Positions 45,846-58,478 of a stretch of 64,000 nucleotides of DNA are shown piece by piece (within the stretch, counting starts at the first letter, position 1; each line of letters opens with the position of its first letter). This stretch comes from Mytilus californianus (lineage: Eukaryota), in NCBI RefSeq assembly GCF_021869535.1, contig NW_026262668.1, positions 77,748,001-77,812,000 of the forward strand, given 5' to 3'. A program made the translations under genes and the position numbers. Under the pieces are notes generated by a model. The model was not told the DNA's origin. It ran no database searches and saw only the letters and a program-made list of their open reading frames with translations.

Positions 45846-46569
45846 TTATATACTTGACTTTTAAACTCGTGTTTTCCTGAACCGAGTCCTGAACAGGCAT
45901 GACATATTTGTCACTGGGCGTTAAAAATTAGCAACAAACAATCAATCAATTTAAACTTGTGTTAAATAAGAAGAAAAACCATTTGATATTTATTCATTTA
46001 TTGGGGTGGGGGGCAGGTGGATTTCATATATGAATATGGTTGCCTGGTAAGAGCTGAAAAATAGTCATAATTAGCGACAGATTAAAAAGTTAATAATGCC
46101 CTATTCCCTTCCCCATCCTTCATCTATAAATTTAAACTGACCATAGCCCAACTTAGTGTTGAATGTAGCGTTTAACACCAATCAATCAAAATCCCTTCCC
46201 TAGAATATCAAATAGTCGTCCCTGAACTGTTATTGTCCGTGTAGTTCTTATATTTATCCAGCTTATCGTCCTACAGGGATGTCCTACTAAGACTGTCATA
46301 CCATAAGAACGTTTCTCTAATTCTTCGTCAATTATCCCTTTCTGCACCCATTGTATAAAAAAAATTTAATCAACGTGTGGTTCGTTTGATCTCAGTTCTT
46401 CATTGGTTAAAATCCGATTATGACGTCGAATTTTCTTGCTTTCCTCTGAATTTCCTATTGTGACGGCATGAAAAAAGGCGACCATGCCTGATGACGTCAC
46501 ATAGAAAGAACACATCTTTTTGCAGATCATTCGAAAAGAAGGAATAAATTTGCCTGCGTATTGTTTGAA

Positions 46570-46748
46570 AATCATTAGAGAAACAGATTCCACCACCAAA
46601 TCTCGTGTAATACGATATTTATCCACTCTCGACAGTTAAATTTTAAATATTTAAAACGCTCGGCGAGCCTCGCGTTTTAAATTTGAAAATTTAACTGTCT
46701 CGAGTGGATAAATATCGTATCACACTCGATGCAGTGGTAGAATCTATA
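46570..46748. repeat. Palindromic element end nested in the Harbinger-like element
   Basis: agattccaccac...acgatatttatccactc.cgacagttaaattt / reverse complement ...gtggtagaatct. Confidence 0.6.
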
Positions 46749-46904
46749 TTTATAACACAGCTCACATTCTAATATATCTGCATTCATAAATTTATTAATG
46801 TCATTTAGACTAAACGACGCCATGTTTGTTATGTGCCTCTGCCGTCTAAACTACCTAACAAAAAAGAAGAGGTGGAAGAGAGCCAGAAGATATTCCCTAT
46901 TCAA

Positions 46905-49572
46905 AATAAAATGCTTCGCTGGGCGCAGCTTGATACGACCGCAGAGGTCGAACCCTGAACAGTTGGGGCAAGTATGGACACAACATTCAAGCTTGATACA
47001 GCTCTGAATTTGGATTGTGATTAAATATTTGACACAGCATAGGTTTCTGACACAGAAAGAATGTGGTCTAAGAACTTCAATTTTTTTAATTTACCTATTA
47101 TGGTCCAATGTCCAAAATCAAAATACATGGTTAGATTCAGCATATCAAAGAACCCCATATATTCAATTTTTGTTGAAATCAAACAAAGTTTAATTTTGGA
47201 CCCCAACTTGGACAAACTTGAAAACTGGTCCCATAATCAAAAATCTAAACACATGTTTAGATTCAGCATATCAAAGTACCCGAAGAATTCAATTTTTGTT
47301 AAAATCAAACTAAGTTTAATTTTGGACCCTTTGGACCTTAATGTAGACCAATTTAAAAAACAGGACCCAAAATTAAAAATCTAAATACATGGTAAGATTC
47401 AGCATATCAAAGAACCCCATATATTCAATTTTTGTTGAAATCAAACAAAGTTTAATTTTGGACCCCAATTTGGACCAACTTGAAAACTGGGCCAAAAATC
47501 TAAAATCTAAATACATGTTTAGATTCAGCATATCAAAGAACCCCATATATTCAATTTTTGTTGAAATCAAACAAAGTTTAATTTTGGACCCCAACTTGGA
47601 CCAACTTGAAAACTGGTCCCATAATTAAAAATCTAAACACATGTTTAGATTCAGCATATCAAAGAACCCCAAAAATTCAATTTTTGTTAAAATCAAACTA
47701 AGTTTAATTTTGGACCCTTTGGACCTTAATGTAGACCAATTTAAAAAACAGGACCCAAAATTAAAAATCTAAATACACAGTTAGATTTGGCATATCAAAG
47801 AACCCCAATAATTCAATTTTTTATGAAATCAAACAAAGTTTAATTTTGGACCCTTTTGACCTCAATATGAACCAATTTGATAGCAGGCCCACAAATAAAA
47901 AATCTAAATACATGGTAAGATTCAGCATATCAAAGAACCCCATATATTCAATTTTTGTTGAAATCAAACAAAGTTTAATTTTGGACCCCAATTTGGACCA
48001 ACTTGAAAACTGGGCCAAAAATCTAAAATCTAAATACATGTTTAGATTTTGCATATCAAATAACCCCATATATTCAATTTTTGTTGAAATCAAACAAAGT
48101 TTAATTTTGGACCCCAACTTGGACCAACTTGAAAACTGGGCCCATAATCAAAAATCTAAACACATGTTTAGATTCAGCATATCAAAGAACCCCAAGAATT
48201 CAATTTTTGTTAAAATCAAATTAAGTTTAATTTTGGACCCTTTGGACCTTAATGTAGACCAATTTAAAAAACGGGACCCCAAATTAAAAATCTAAATATA
48301 CGGTTAGATTCGGCATATCAAAGAACCCCAATAATTCAATTTTTGATGAAATCAAACAAAGTTAAATTTTGGACCCTTTGGACCTCAATGTGGACCAATT
48401 TAAAAACGGGGCCCAAAATCCAAAAACTTAATACACGGTTAGATTCAGCATATTAAAGAACCCCAAGAATTCAAGAATAAAACCCCATTGAAATTGATCA
48501 AGAAATAAGCAATTTATACGAAGTATCTTCTTTTGCACAACACTGTGCAATTGAATATTTCTTGCTATTGCGCAATACTGTACAATTGACAATTTCTTGC
48601 TATTGCGCAATATTGTGCTATTGGATATTTCTTGCTATTGCGCAATACTGTGCAATTGAAGATTTCTTGCTATTGCGCAATACTGTGCAATTGAAGATTT
48701 CTTGCTATTGTGCAATACTGTGCAATTGAAAATTTCTTGCTATTGCACAATACTTATTATATAATAATTTACACATCCTGTTTGGTGTGTATCTCCTACC
48801 ATATCATTATTATTTGCTTTTAAATATAAATCAGAAATAATCAACTTAAAATGGAAAATTTTAAAAGAAAAAAAAAAGGAAAAAAAGAAAAAAAAAAAAA
48901 AAAAAAATCTCCCCCCCCCAAATTTTTTGAACCCCCTTATGATTCATCACCCCCAAACTCAATCCCAGCCTTCCCTTTGTGGTATGGTACCTTGCAGTAC
49001 AATTTCAGAGAGATCCATACACTTGAACACAAGTTATTGTCTGGAAACTAGAAAAATGCTTATTTTTGGCCCCTTTTTGGCCCCCAATTCCTAAACGTTT
49101 CGGGCAATTACCCCCAAACTCAATTCCAGCTTTCCCTTTGTGATATGGAACCTTGTAGTACAATTTCAGAAATATCCAAACACTTACACACAAGTTATTG
49201 TCATGAAACTAGAAAAATGCTTGTTTTTTGCCCCTTTTTTGGCCCCTAATTCCTAAAATTTTGAGGCAATTACCCCCAAAATCAATTACAGCCTTCCCTT
49301 TGTGATATGGAACCTTGTGGTACAATGTCAGAGAGATCTATACACTTACACACAAGTTATTGTCTGAAAATTACAAAAATGCTTATTTTTGGCCCCTAAT
49401 TCCTTAACTGTTGGTACCATAACCCCCAAAATCAATCCCAACCTTCCTTTCGTGGTATTGAACCTTATGGTGAAATTTCATGGAGATCCATTCACTTAAA
49501 CTAAAGTTAGAGTGCGAAAACCAATGTGTCTTCGGACGACGCCAGACGACGCCGGACGACGACGACGACGAC

Positions 49573-49603
<31 letters not shown>

Positions 49604-49660
49604 CCAACGTCATACCAATATACGACCAAAAAATTTTTAATTTTTGCGGTCGTATAAAAA
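46905..49660 (-). mobile_element. HINE family A copy, expanded (2.75 kb), with several internal arrays
   Basis: Reverse complement of family A termini; (GAC)n at 49536-49605; arrays of 126/136-bp and 35-bp units. Confidence 0.88.
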
Positions 49661-49713
49661 CAGAAGTGGACCTCTTCTGGCTCACTACCGAAGAACAAAA
49701 AAACACGCCCTAG

Positions 49714-49975
49714 AATTACAGTGGAAATTTCCAAGTTAGATAATCCCGTCATAATTTGATAACCTCATGCTTTATATTTATACAGATATATCGTAAACTT
49801 GTTTCTTTCGAATATAATTAACAAATATTAAAACTACGAATTTATATTATGATAACCTATACAAGGTATCTTTTTAAAACTATGATATCAATGATGTTAT
49901 AGTATCAATTATATTATAGTATGTGTCACAATTCTATATTTAGAACTGAATGTTACTTCCTCCTAACAGGATAAG
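49714..49975 (+). promoter_or_regulatory. Putative promoter / non-coding exon 1 of RING gene 3
   Basis: GGAAATTTCCaagttAGATAA (49723), atcaatgatgt (49887), ttctatattt (49932), ttacttcct (49952) and donor aag|gtatgg (49976) occur in the same order as in 34150-34380. Confidence 0.6.
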
Positions 49976-50895
49976 GTATGGAATAGTTTCATTTCTATAT
50001 TACCTCCGTATTAACAATCTTTTAGTGTCAAATGAAATCTTCTATCAGCAGAATTGTGCTTAATATTATGCATGCTGCCTACCACCGTGATACGTATAGT
50101 AAAACCATGTGGTAGTTATGCAGTTGCTTCGTTTACTTTAAATTTGGGCTTGTCATGCTGTAGTTTACTTTTCGTCCCATAAGATTAATTTATTTCTAGT
50201 TGCATATATTTCATGCATGTTGACGAGAACAACTTAACAATAAATCAAAAATGAAGGTTCTGCAAAGTGGGCGGCGTCGACCGATATATGAATTATGTCC
50301 GAAAATTTCGACTGCCCCTAGAAAATACGGGTATTGTTGTAGAGGCAGACATTTTGTTATCACTGCAGGTCACAAAGAGTTGTAGCAAGAGTGATCAAGA
50401 GTTCTTTAACATGCAGAGAGCGTGGCACTTTCCCTACAGAAATCATCGGATTTTATCACACCTTTTCCGATCGTTGGACGTGGCTGAGTAGTTTTGAGGG
50501 TGTGGATGGGGGTTTACAGAATAGAGATTAATGAGGTGCTAAAATATAAAGAATAGAGAAAACTGGGCGAAAAGTATAACAGAATAGAGAAAAATTACCT
50601 AAAAAATTAAAGAATACAGAAATGAAGGACCCTCATACATACCTCATTTATACATCCTGCACAGCCAAACGGACGCACTTATTTACTGCCAGTTGTGAGA
50701 TTCCTCGTCTACTTTCGGGGTTGCTTGCAGTTAGAAAAGGGCTGCAGCTTTTGTAATACCATACAGTCCTTATGAATGTTCATAGGAGTTTTGTCTCTTA
50801 GGCAGGATGCCTTCAGCCTATGCCAACATTCGAAAAATATATAGTCAACATATGCCTATACCAACAAAATGCACTAGGCGTTGTTATAGCAATTT

Positions 50896-52597
50896 AAACT
50901 AGAGGCTCTAAAGAGCCTGTGTCGCTCACCTTGGTCTGTGTGCTGCAGTGCATATTAAACAAAGGACACTACAACATTAAAGACAAGAATAGAATTCATG
51001 ACAAAATTCTCTGTTTTGGTGATGGTGACTTGTTTGTAGATCTTACTTAACTGAACATTCTTGCTGTTTACAGTTATCTCTATCTATAATGAAATTGGCC
51101 CAGTAGTTTCAGAAGAAAAGATTTTTGTAAAAGATAAAAAAATTTACGAAAAATTGTGAAAAATTGACTTTAAAAGGCAATAACTCCTGAAGGGGTCAAT
51201 TGACAATTTTGGTCATGTTGACTTATTTGTAGATCTTACTTTGCTTAACAGTCTTGCTGTTTACAGTTATCTCTATCTATAATGAACATGGCCCAGTAGT
51301 TTCAAAAGAAAAGATTTTTGTAAAAGATAAAAAAAATTACGAAAAATTGTGAAAAAATGACTTTAAAAGGCAATAACTCCTGAAGGGGTCAATTGACAAT
51401 TTTGGTCATGTTGACTTATTTGTAGATCTTACTTTGCTTAACAGTCTTGCTGTTTACAGTTATCTCTATCTATAATGAACTTGGCCCAGTAGTTTCAGAA
51501 GAAAAGATTTTTGTAAAAGATAAAAAAAATTACGAAAAATTGTAAAAAAATGACTTTTAAAGGCAATAACTCCTGAAGGGTCACTTGACAATTTTGGTTG
51601 ACTTATTTGTAGATCTTACTTTGCTGAACATTTTTGCTGTTTACAGTTTATCTCTATCTATTATAATATTCAAGATAATAACCAAAAACTGCGAAAATTT
51701 CCTTAAAATTACCAATTCAGAGGCAGCAACCCAACAACGGGTTGTCTGATGCGTCTGAAAAGTTTGCAGCAGATAGATCTTGACCTGATGAACATATTTA
51801 CCCCATGTCAGATTTGCTCTAAATGCTTCAGTTTCAGAGATATAAGCCAAAAACTGCATTTTACCCCCATGTTCTATTTTTAGCCACGGCGGCCGTCTTG
51901 GTTGATGGACGGGGTCATCGGATATACTTTTTAAACTAGATACCCTAAGGATGATTTAGGTCAAGTTTGGTTTAATTTGGCCGGGTAGTTTCAGAGGAGA
52001 AGATTTTTGTAAAAGATAACAAAAATTTACGAAAATTGAGAGAGAAAAAATGACTTTAAAGGGCAATAACTCTTTATGGGGTCAAATGACAATTTTGGTC
52101 ATGTTGGCTTATTTGTAGATCTTACTTTGCTGAACAATTTTGCTGTTTACAGTTTTCTCTATAATATTCAAGATAATAACCAAAAACTGCAAAATTTCCT
52201 TAAAATTACCAATTCAGAGGCAGCAACCCAACAACAGGTTGTCTGATGCGTCTGTAAATTTTAGGGCCGATAGATCTTAACCTGATGAACATTTTCCCCT
52301 CTCAGATTTGCTCTAAATGCTTTAGTTTCAGAGATATAAGCCAAAAACTGAATTTTACCCCCATGTTCTATTTTTATCCACGGCGGCCATCTTGGTTGAT
52401 GGGCGGGGTCATCGGATATATTTTTTAAACTAGATACCCTAAGGATGATTTAGTTCAAGTTTGGTTTCATTTGGCCCAGTAGTTTCAGAGGAGAAGATTT
52501 TTGTAAAAGTTAACGGACGACGACGACGACGACGGACGACGGACGCAAAGTGATGAGAAAAGCTCACTTGGCACTTTTGGGCCAGGTGAGCTAAAAA
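50896..52597 (-). mobile_element. HINE/Helentron-type element (TTTTAGCTCACCTG family) in intron 1 of RING gene 3
   Basis: Minus-strand 5' end tttttagctcacctggccc...gtgagc, (GTCC/GTC)n, ~190-bp internal tandem repeats, 3' end gagcgacacaggctc...ctagttt. Confidence 0.85.
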
Positions 52598-54074
52598 TTA
52601 TTTGAAAAAAAATAAACCACCAAAATCATTGTCCAATAGCTTAATTTGTAATCTTGGGGTAGAAAATTTGAATTAAAACAAAATTAAGATAGAAAGAATT
52701 GCAGTTTATATATAATGGGAAAAAACTATTTTAGAAACATGTGTCATTAGGTAGGAATACCAATATCTTGTAATTTTATCAATGGAAACATTAACAAAGG
52801 AAACATGCCCTTATATTTATAAACACATATTTGTATGTCAAGATGTGTGTGTCTAGTGTTGTAGACGTGTCATAATGAATCAATGTAAACATATAAGCTT
52901 TGTTATGACTGGTAAGGACAGTTATTTAGTTACTGTTAGTTTTTTCATTAAGACCGACCGAAGGTGTCTCAAAGTTTGCATGTGTAAAACAACCAGTAAT
53001 TCCAAGCGTTGATAAAAAGGTCTAATGTTGGTGAGACTAGGTAGTGTCCGGCTGACATATATGCATCATCGTGTTTGACATGCATAACTGGCAGAATTAA
53101 GTCTACAAGTGCATCACCCCAAGTCTTTGGTGGGGTTCGTGTTGCTCAGTCGTTAGTTTTCTATTTTGTGTTTTGAGCTTTAAAGAACTACCATTCTCAT
53201 TAATTGCTTTCATCACATGTCATACGATTCTCGAATTACATTGCTAAAAAATTCATATGGAGAGATGATTATTCCTATTGAAAGAAAAAAAAACCTTTTC
53301 CTGCTTCTTTAATGCGAATAAAAAAGAGATCAGCTACACCAGAGAAATATAATACTATATTTTTTAAAACTCAATGTTGAATTGCTTTTTTCCCCTAATT
53401 TTAAATGGAAACATACTATTTCTTTCACTTCCTTCTAAAACATTTTCTCAAGAAATTTAGAATCAAACAACTTATTTAAAAAAAAACATACCCACAACAA
53501 AAAATGAATGGTCATTGATTTGTGCGATAATTTCACATGGATATATACCAATTAATTATTTTTTGTCTCATTTTAGGCAATATTGTGGTTCAGCAAAGTC
53601 CTAATTTGTTAGTCACCGAATGGTAGAATTTTGTTTAGACTTCAATATTGAGGATAAATATGTAAATTTAATTCGTTCAATAACAAATGTAACATTCACC
53701 ACCACAGTCTTTATTTCTTCGCTGAAGTCCTTTAGGTAACTGTTAAGCTTAATGTTTGCTTTACGCCAACCTAGCAAACAATGCTAACTAAGATAAAGAA
53801 CGACACAAAGGTGATATTACTTTTATAGAATAATTTCTCTATATTTTATGGGATTTTCATCTCAAGAGCAGTAACCACATGCTTTTCTTATCGCGATTTC
53901 TTCTTTTTTTCTAAAAATTTGACACAACCCAAGCTGTATTTGTCTTGATTTTACACGATCTTATAATTTTCCATACAAATTAATGACACACATTATGTTA
54001 AGATCCAATTTTGATTTTACATAATATATTTTACCAGTAAAATTTTGTTTAATTTCGTTACAGGTTGTGGCAAA

Positions 54075-55484
54075 ATGAGTGACGAAAATGTATGCTCTGT
54101 CTGCTGGGATAATTTTAAATTTCCAAAAATGTTACCATGTAAACATTCATTCTGCATTTCATGTCTTCACGAGTTTCTAGGAGGCCTAACAGACAAGTCA
54201 AACTTAATATGTCCGTTATGCAGGGAGCCTTGTTATGTACCAGACAAAGGATTTACAGACTTCCCAACAAATTACTTTGTTCCAGTCGAGAAAACTCCAA
54301 AACTATGCCAGGAATGCCAAAAATTACCCGTTTACAAGAATTGTTACCTATGTAGCACAATTATTTGCAAACAATGTGATCGTCTTCATTCACATGGTAA
54401 AAAGTCAGACAAGCAAGGTGATGACGACACTGAAAATGGTAGTATCGCTTCCCTTCCTCCTCATTTACATTGGGCTCTCATGCATCAAAATATGAAGACA
54501 GAACTTTTATGTCAACAAATTTCTATGTTTGTTGGAGAGTTTCTTCCCATTGATGATATACGGAAATCCGTTCGTTCTATTGCCGTATCGAGAACTGGGG
54601 GTGCTTATGTAAGATTAAACGAAAATGAATTTCTTCTAAAATACGATAAGCATGGAAAGATAGTCAACAGAATTCCTTTACATGCAGATGCAGCCACAGT
54701 GCTTGAGACGATGGATGGATCACTGTTAATTTCACATTTTGCACTGAAAGCAGTCGTTTGCTATGGAAACGGTTCACCTGACTCAAAACATTTCTATTTT
54801 GTGAAGACACCAACTTTTCATCCAATTGGTATGACTGAATTGCAGAATAGGAATATTGCAGTGAGTGGACCAACACATCTTTGTACCGCCAAGTGTAAAA
54901 ATAATGATTGCGAATTATCCAAGACTAGTCCTGGTGTCCTACACATTTACACTAGACAAGGCACGTTAGTGAAAGAAATTAAACAAGATATAATGGAACC
55001 TATCTTTAATTTTCCAACTGAAATTGCATCTAATAATAGAACCGAAACAATAGCTGTGTGTGACACTCACCTAAACAAAGTAATCATTATAGATTACGAT
55101 GGGAAAGTTCGAGGATTTTTTAAAGGTTGGAAGTTACCGTTTACATTATTTTCAGAAAATTTCCATCCTTCGTCCGTGTGTTCAACTGCCGATGGATATT
55201 TCCTTGTAGCCGATCCTCACAAAGAATGTTTACACATACTCAATCCGTATGGCAAATTTATAGGTATTGTGCGTGGTGAAGATGGTGATAGTTTAGCGGA
55301 TAGCAGTGCTGTATGCGTTGATGCTGAAAACAATATCTGGGTGGGACATCACAGTCAAGGAACCATTACCGTGTTGAAACCAAGCTGTTTTAAGAACAAA
55401 TTTGACCAATTGCGCTTTCCTTTTCTCAATGGTGAAGATCTTCGATTACCGTTCTTCCCCGGACTTCATCTCGATCCGAACTAA
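54075..55484 (+). CDS. RING-HC / B-box-like / NHL-like beta-propeller protein, gene 3 (paralog of gene 2), 469 aa
   Basis: Starts MSDENVC after the acceptor tttcgttacag| (54063). Same length as gene 2 and clearly homologous (6 differences in the first 73 aa). AATAAA at 55540. Confidence 0.93.
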   Translation: MSDENVCSVCWDNFKFPKMLPCKHSFCISCLHEFLGGLTDKSNLICPLCREPCYVPDKGFTDFPTNYFVPVEKTPKLCQECQKLPVYKNCYLCSTIICKQCDRLHSHGKKSDKQGDDDTENGSIASLPPHLHWALMHQNMKTELLCQQISMFVGEFLPIDDIRKSVRSIAVSRTGGAYVRLNENEFLLKYDKHGKIVNRIPLHADAATVLETMDGSLLISHFALKAVVCYGNGSPDSKHFYFVKTPTFHPIGMTELQNRNIAVSGPTHLCTAKCKNNDCELSKTSPGVLHIYTRQGTLVKEIKQDIMEPIFNFPTEIASNNRTETIAVCDTHLNKVIIIDYDGKVRGFFKGWKLPFTLFSENFHPSSVCSTADGYFLVADPHKECLHILNPYGKFIGIVRGEDGDSLADSSAVCVDAENNIWVGHHSQGTITVLKPSCFKNKFDQLRFPFLNGEDLRLPFFPGLHLDPN

Positions 55485-55659
55485 ATACCCCGCTTTGTTA
55501 TTCTTCATGTGGTTTATATTATAATAACGAAATAGATCCAATAAATAAACTGTGTTACATCAGCATCAATCTTTATATGTCATTCATTCTGTAATCTGGA
55601 CTGACAATCGACTATTGTAGTTATATTTGGAGTATTGTTCATTTGCATTGTTGTTATTT

Positions 55660-58330
55660 TATCCAGACGGGATGTTCTGTTGTTGTTTAAATCAGACGGG
55701 ATGTGCTGTTGTTGTTCAAATTAGACCGGATGTGCTGTTGTTGAAGTGAGGTCTGAACAAGTAGTGTTGTCTTCATGTATCGTGTCATATTGTATATTAG
55801 CCACCAGTATTGTTATAGCGAGATGGGATGCACTGTTACTGTAGCCATTTTTAATGTACTGTTGTTGAAATCAGGTTAAATGTCCCGTCTTTTTCAATGT
55901 CTGGTTTATCGTTGATGTAGTCAGGTCTGATTTACCTCACTGCTGTTATAGTCAGGTCAATTGTTGAAGAAATGAGTGATTTGTCGCATTGTTGTAGTCA
56001 TATTATAAGATTTACTTCACTGTTGTTGAGGTAATGATTGATTAACAACACTGTTGTTATAGTCGGGTTAGATTTACAGTTAATGTAAGCAGGTCTGACT
56101 TACCGTTGTAGTAGTCAGGTCATATTTACTGTCAGTGTAGTCTAGTCTGATATACCACACTGTTGTTATAATCAGGTCTGATGTACCGTTGTATAGTCCG
56201 GTCTGAATTACCGCACTATTGTTCTATTCGGGTCTGATTTACCGCGCTGTGGTTGTAGTTGGGTCTGATTAACCGCACAATTGTTGTAATCATGTCTGAA
56301 TTACCACACTGTTGTTATAGTCACGTCTGATGTACCGTTGTTATAGTCAGGTCTAATGTACCGTTGTTGTAGTCCAGTCTGAATTACCTCACTGTTGTTG
56401 TAGTCCGGTCTGATTTACCGTACTGCTGTTTTTGTCGGGTCTAATTTACCGCACTATTGTTATAGTCGGGTATAATTTACCACACTTTTGTTATAATCAG
56501 GTCTGATTTACCGTACTGCTGTTGTTGTCGGGTCTAGTTTGCCGAATATTGTTATAGTCCTGTATAATTAACCACACTTTTGTTGTAGCCAGGTCTGATT
56601 TACCGTACCGTTGTTGTAGTCCGGTTTGATTTACCGTACTGTTGTTATAGTCCGGTCTGATTTACCATACTGCTGTTGTAGTCAGGTCTGATATCCCGCG
56701 TTGTTGTTTTAGTCAGGGTTGAGTTACTGCACTGTTTTTATAGTCATTTCTGATTTACCATTGTTGCAGTCCGGTGTGATTTACTATACTACTGTTGTAG
56801 TCAGGTCTGATATCCCGCCTTGTTGTTTTAGTCAGGATTTAATTACTGCACTACTGTTATAGTCATTTCTGATTTACCATTGTTGTTGTCCGGTCTCATT
56901 TACCGTACTGCTGTTAAATTCAGGTTCGACTTACCGATCTGGTGTTGTCGTCCGGTCATATTAATCGTACTGCTGTTGTAGTAAGGTATGATTTACCGTA
57001 CTTGTGTTGTAGTCCGGTCTGATTTACCATAGTGGTATTGTAGTCCTTTTTGATTTACTGTAGTGGTGTTGTAGTACGTTTGATTTAACCGTAGTGGTGT
57101 TGTAGTCCGGTTTATTTACCGTACTGGTGTTGTAGTCATGCAGTTCTGATTTATCATGTTGGTGTTGTAGTCCGGCCAAATTTACCGTACTGTTATTTTA
57201 ATCAGGTCTGATTTACCGTACTGATGTTATAGTCCGGTCTGATTTATCGTACTGATGTTATAGTCCGGTCTGATTTATCGTACTGGTGTTGAAGTGAAGT
57301 CTGATTTGTCGTAGTGGTGTTGTAGTCCGGTCAGATTTACCGTACTGCTGTTGTAGTCATGTCTGATTTTCCTAGTTGTTGTTTAAGTCAGATTTGAATT
57401 ACCGCACTATTGTTAAAGTCATGTCTGATTTACCATTGTTTTAGTCCGGTCGGATTTACCGCACTATTGTTGTAGTCGGATCTGATTTACCACACTGTTG
57501 TTGTAGTCGAGTATGTTGTACCGTTGTTGTAGTCAGGTCTGCTTAACAACACTGTTGTTAAAGGCAGGTCGGATTTACTATTGTTGTAGTCAGGTATGCT
57601 TTACCCCGCTGTTGAAGTTGGGTCAGATGTATCGTTGTTGTAGTAAGGTTTGATTTACCACACTGTTGTTGTAGAAAAGTCTGATATACCGCACTGTTGT
57701 TGTTAGGTCTGATGTACCAATGTTGTAGTCGGATCTGATTTACCACACTGATGATGTAGACGATTCTGATTTACCGCACTGTTGTTGTAGTCGGATTTTA
57801 TTTACCACGCTGTTGTTCACGGTAGTCGAGTCTGATTAACTGCACTGTTGTTGTAGTCGGGTCTGATGTACTGCACTGTTGTTGTATTTGGGTCTGATTT
57901 ACCACACTGTTGTTATAGTAGGGTATAATTTACAGCATTATTGTTATAATTAGGTATGATTTACCACACTGTTGTTACAGTCGGATCTGATTTACCGCTC
58001 TATGTTTATAGTGAGCTCTGATGTACCGTCGTTGTAGTCATGTTTGAATTTCCGCACTGTTGTTTATAGGTAGGTCTGAATTACTGCACTGTCTAATTTA
58101 TTGCATTATTATTGTAATCAGGTCTGATTAACCGTTGTTGTAGTCAAGTCTGATTTACCTCACAGTTGTTGCAGTCAGGTCTTAACACGACACTGATGAT
58201 TATAGTCAGGTTTGAATTACAATTGTTGTAGTCATATCTGATTTACCTGGCTGTTGTTGAAGTCAGGTCTGATTTATTAGTTATATTCAGGTTTGAAGTA
58301 TGATGATGGGAGTTTTTAACGACCTTGACT
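55660..58330. repeat. Degenerate ~25-32-bp GT-rich minisatellite
   Basis: gttgtagtc(a/c)ggtctgatttaccg(c/t)actgtt units. Confidence 0.9.
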
Positions 58331-58478
58331 GGCTATACAGCCCTCGAACGATCGGTTTGAAGTAGTGCTGTAGTCAGGTCTTATAAATTGATGTAGGGAG
58401 TGAAGTGTTGATGTAGTCAGGTGTGATATTCTGATGTAGTCCAGCCTTATGTTTTGTTGTAGAGTCTGATATAGTTTT

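Larger units (their letters stand above)
44225..49710. mobile_element. Non-autonomous PIF/Harbinger-like TIR element with nested insertions
   Basis: Ends GGGCGTGTTTT...AAAACACGCCC (imperfect ~24-bp TIR); TAG at 44222-44224 and 49711-49713; no transposase ORF; contains a 2.75-kb HINE and other repeats. Confidence 0.7.

Noticed and set aside
47021-48295. Repetitive ORFs of 64-149 aa on both strands
   Set aside because: Products of the 126/136-bp tandem array inside a HINE; no domain signature
49404-49752. Poly-Asp / poly-Ser / poly-Val ORFs
   Set aside because: Translations of the (GAC)n microsatellite of the HINE 5' end
50267-50491. 74-aa ORF in CpG-richer sequence of gene 3 intron 1
   Set aside because: GTG start, no splice support and no recognisable motif
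54045-54074. N-terminal extension MFNFVTGCGK of gene 3
   Set aside because: Starts at TTG upstream of the acceptor at 54063; the paralog starts at MSDENVC
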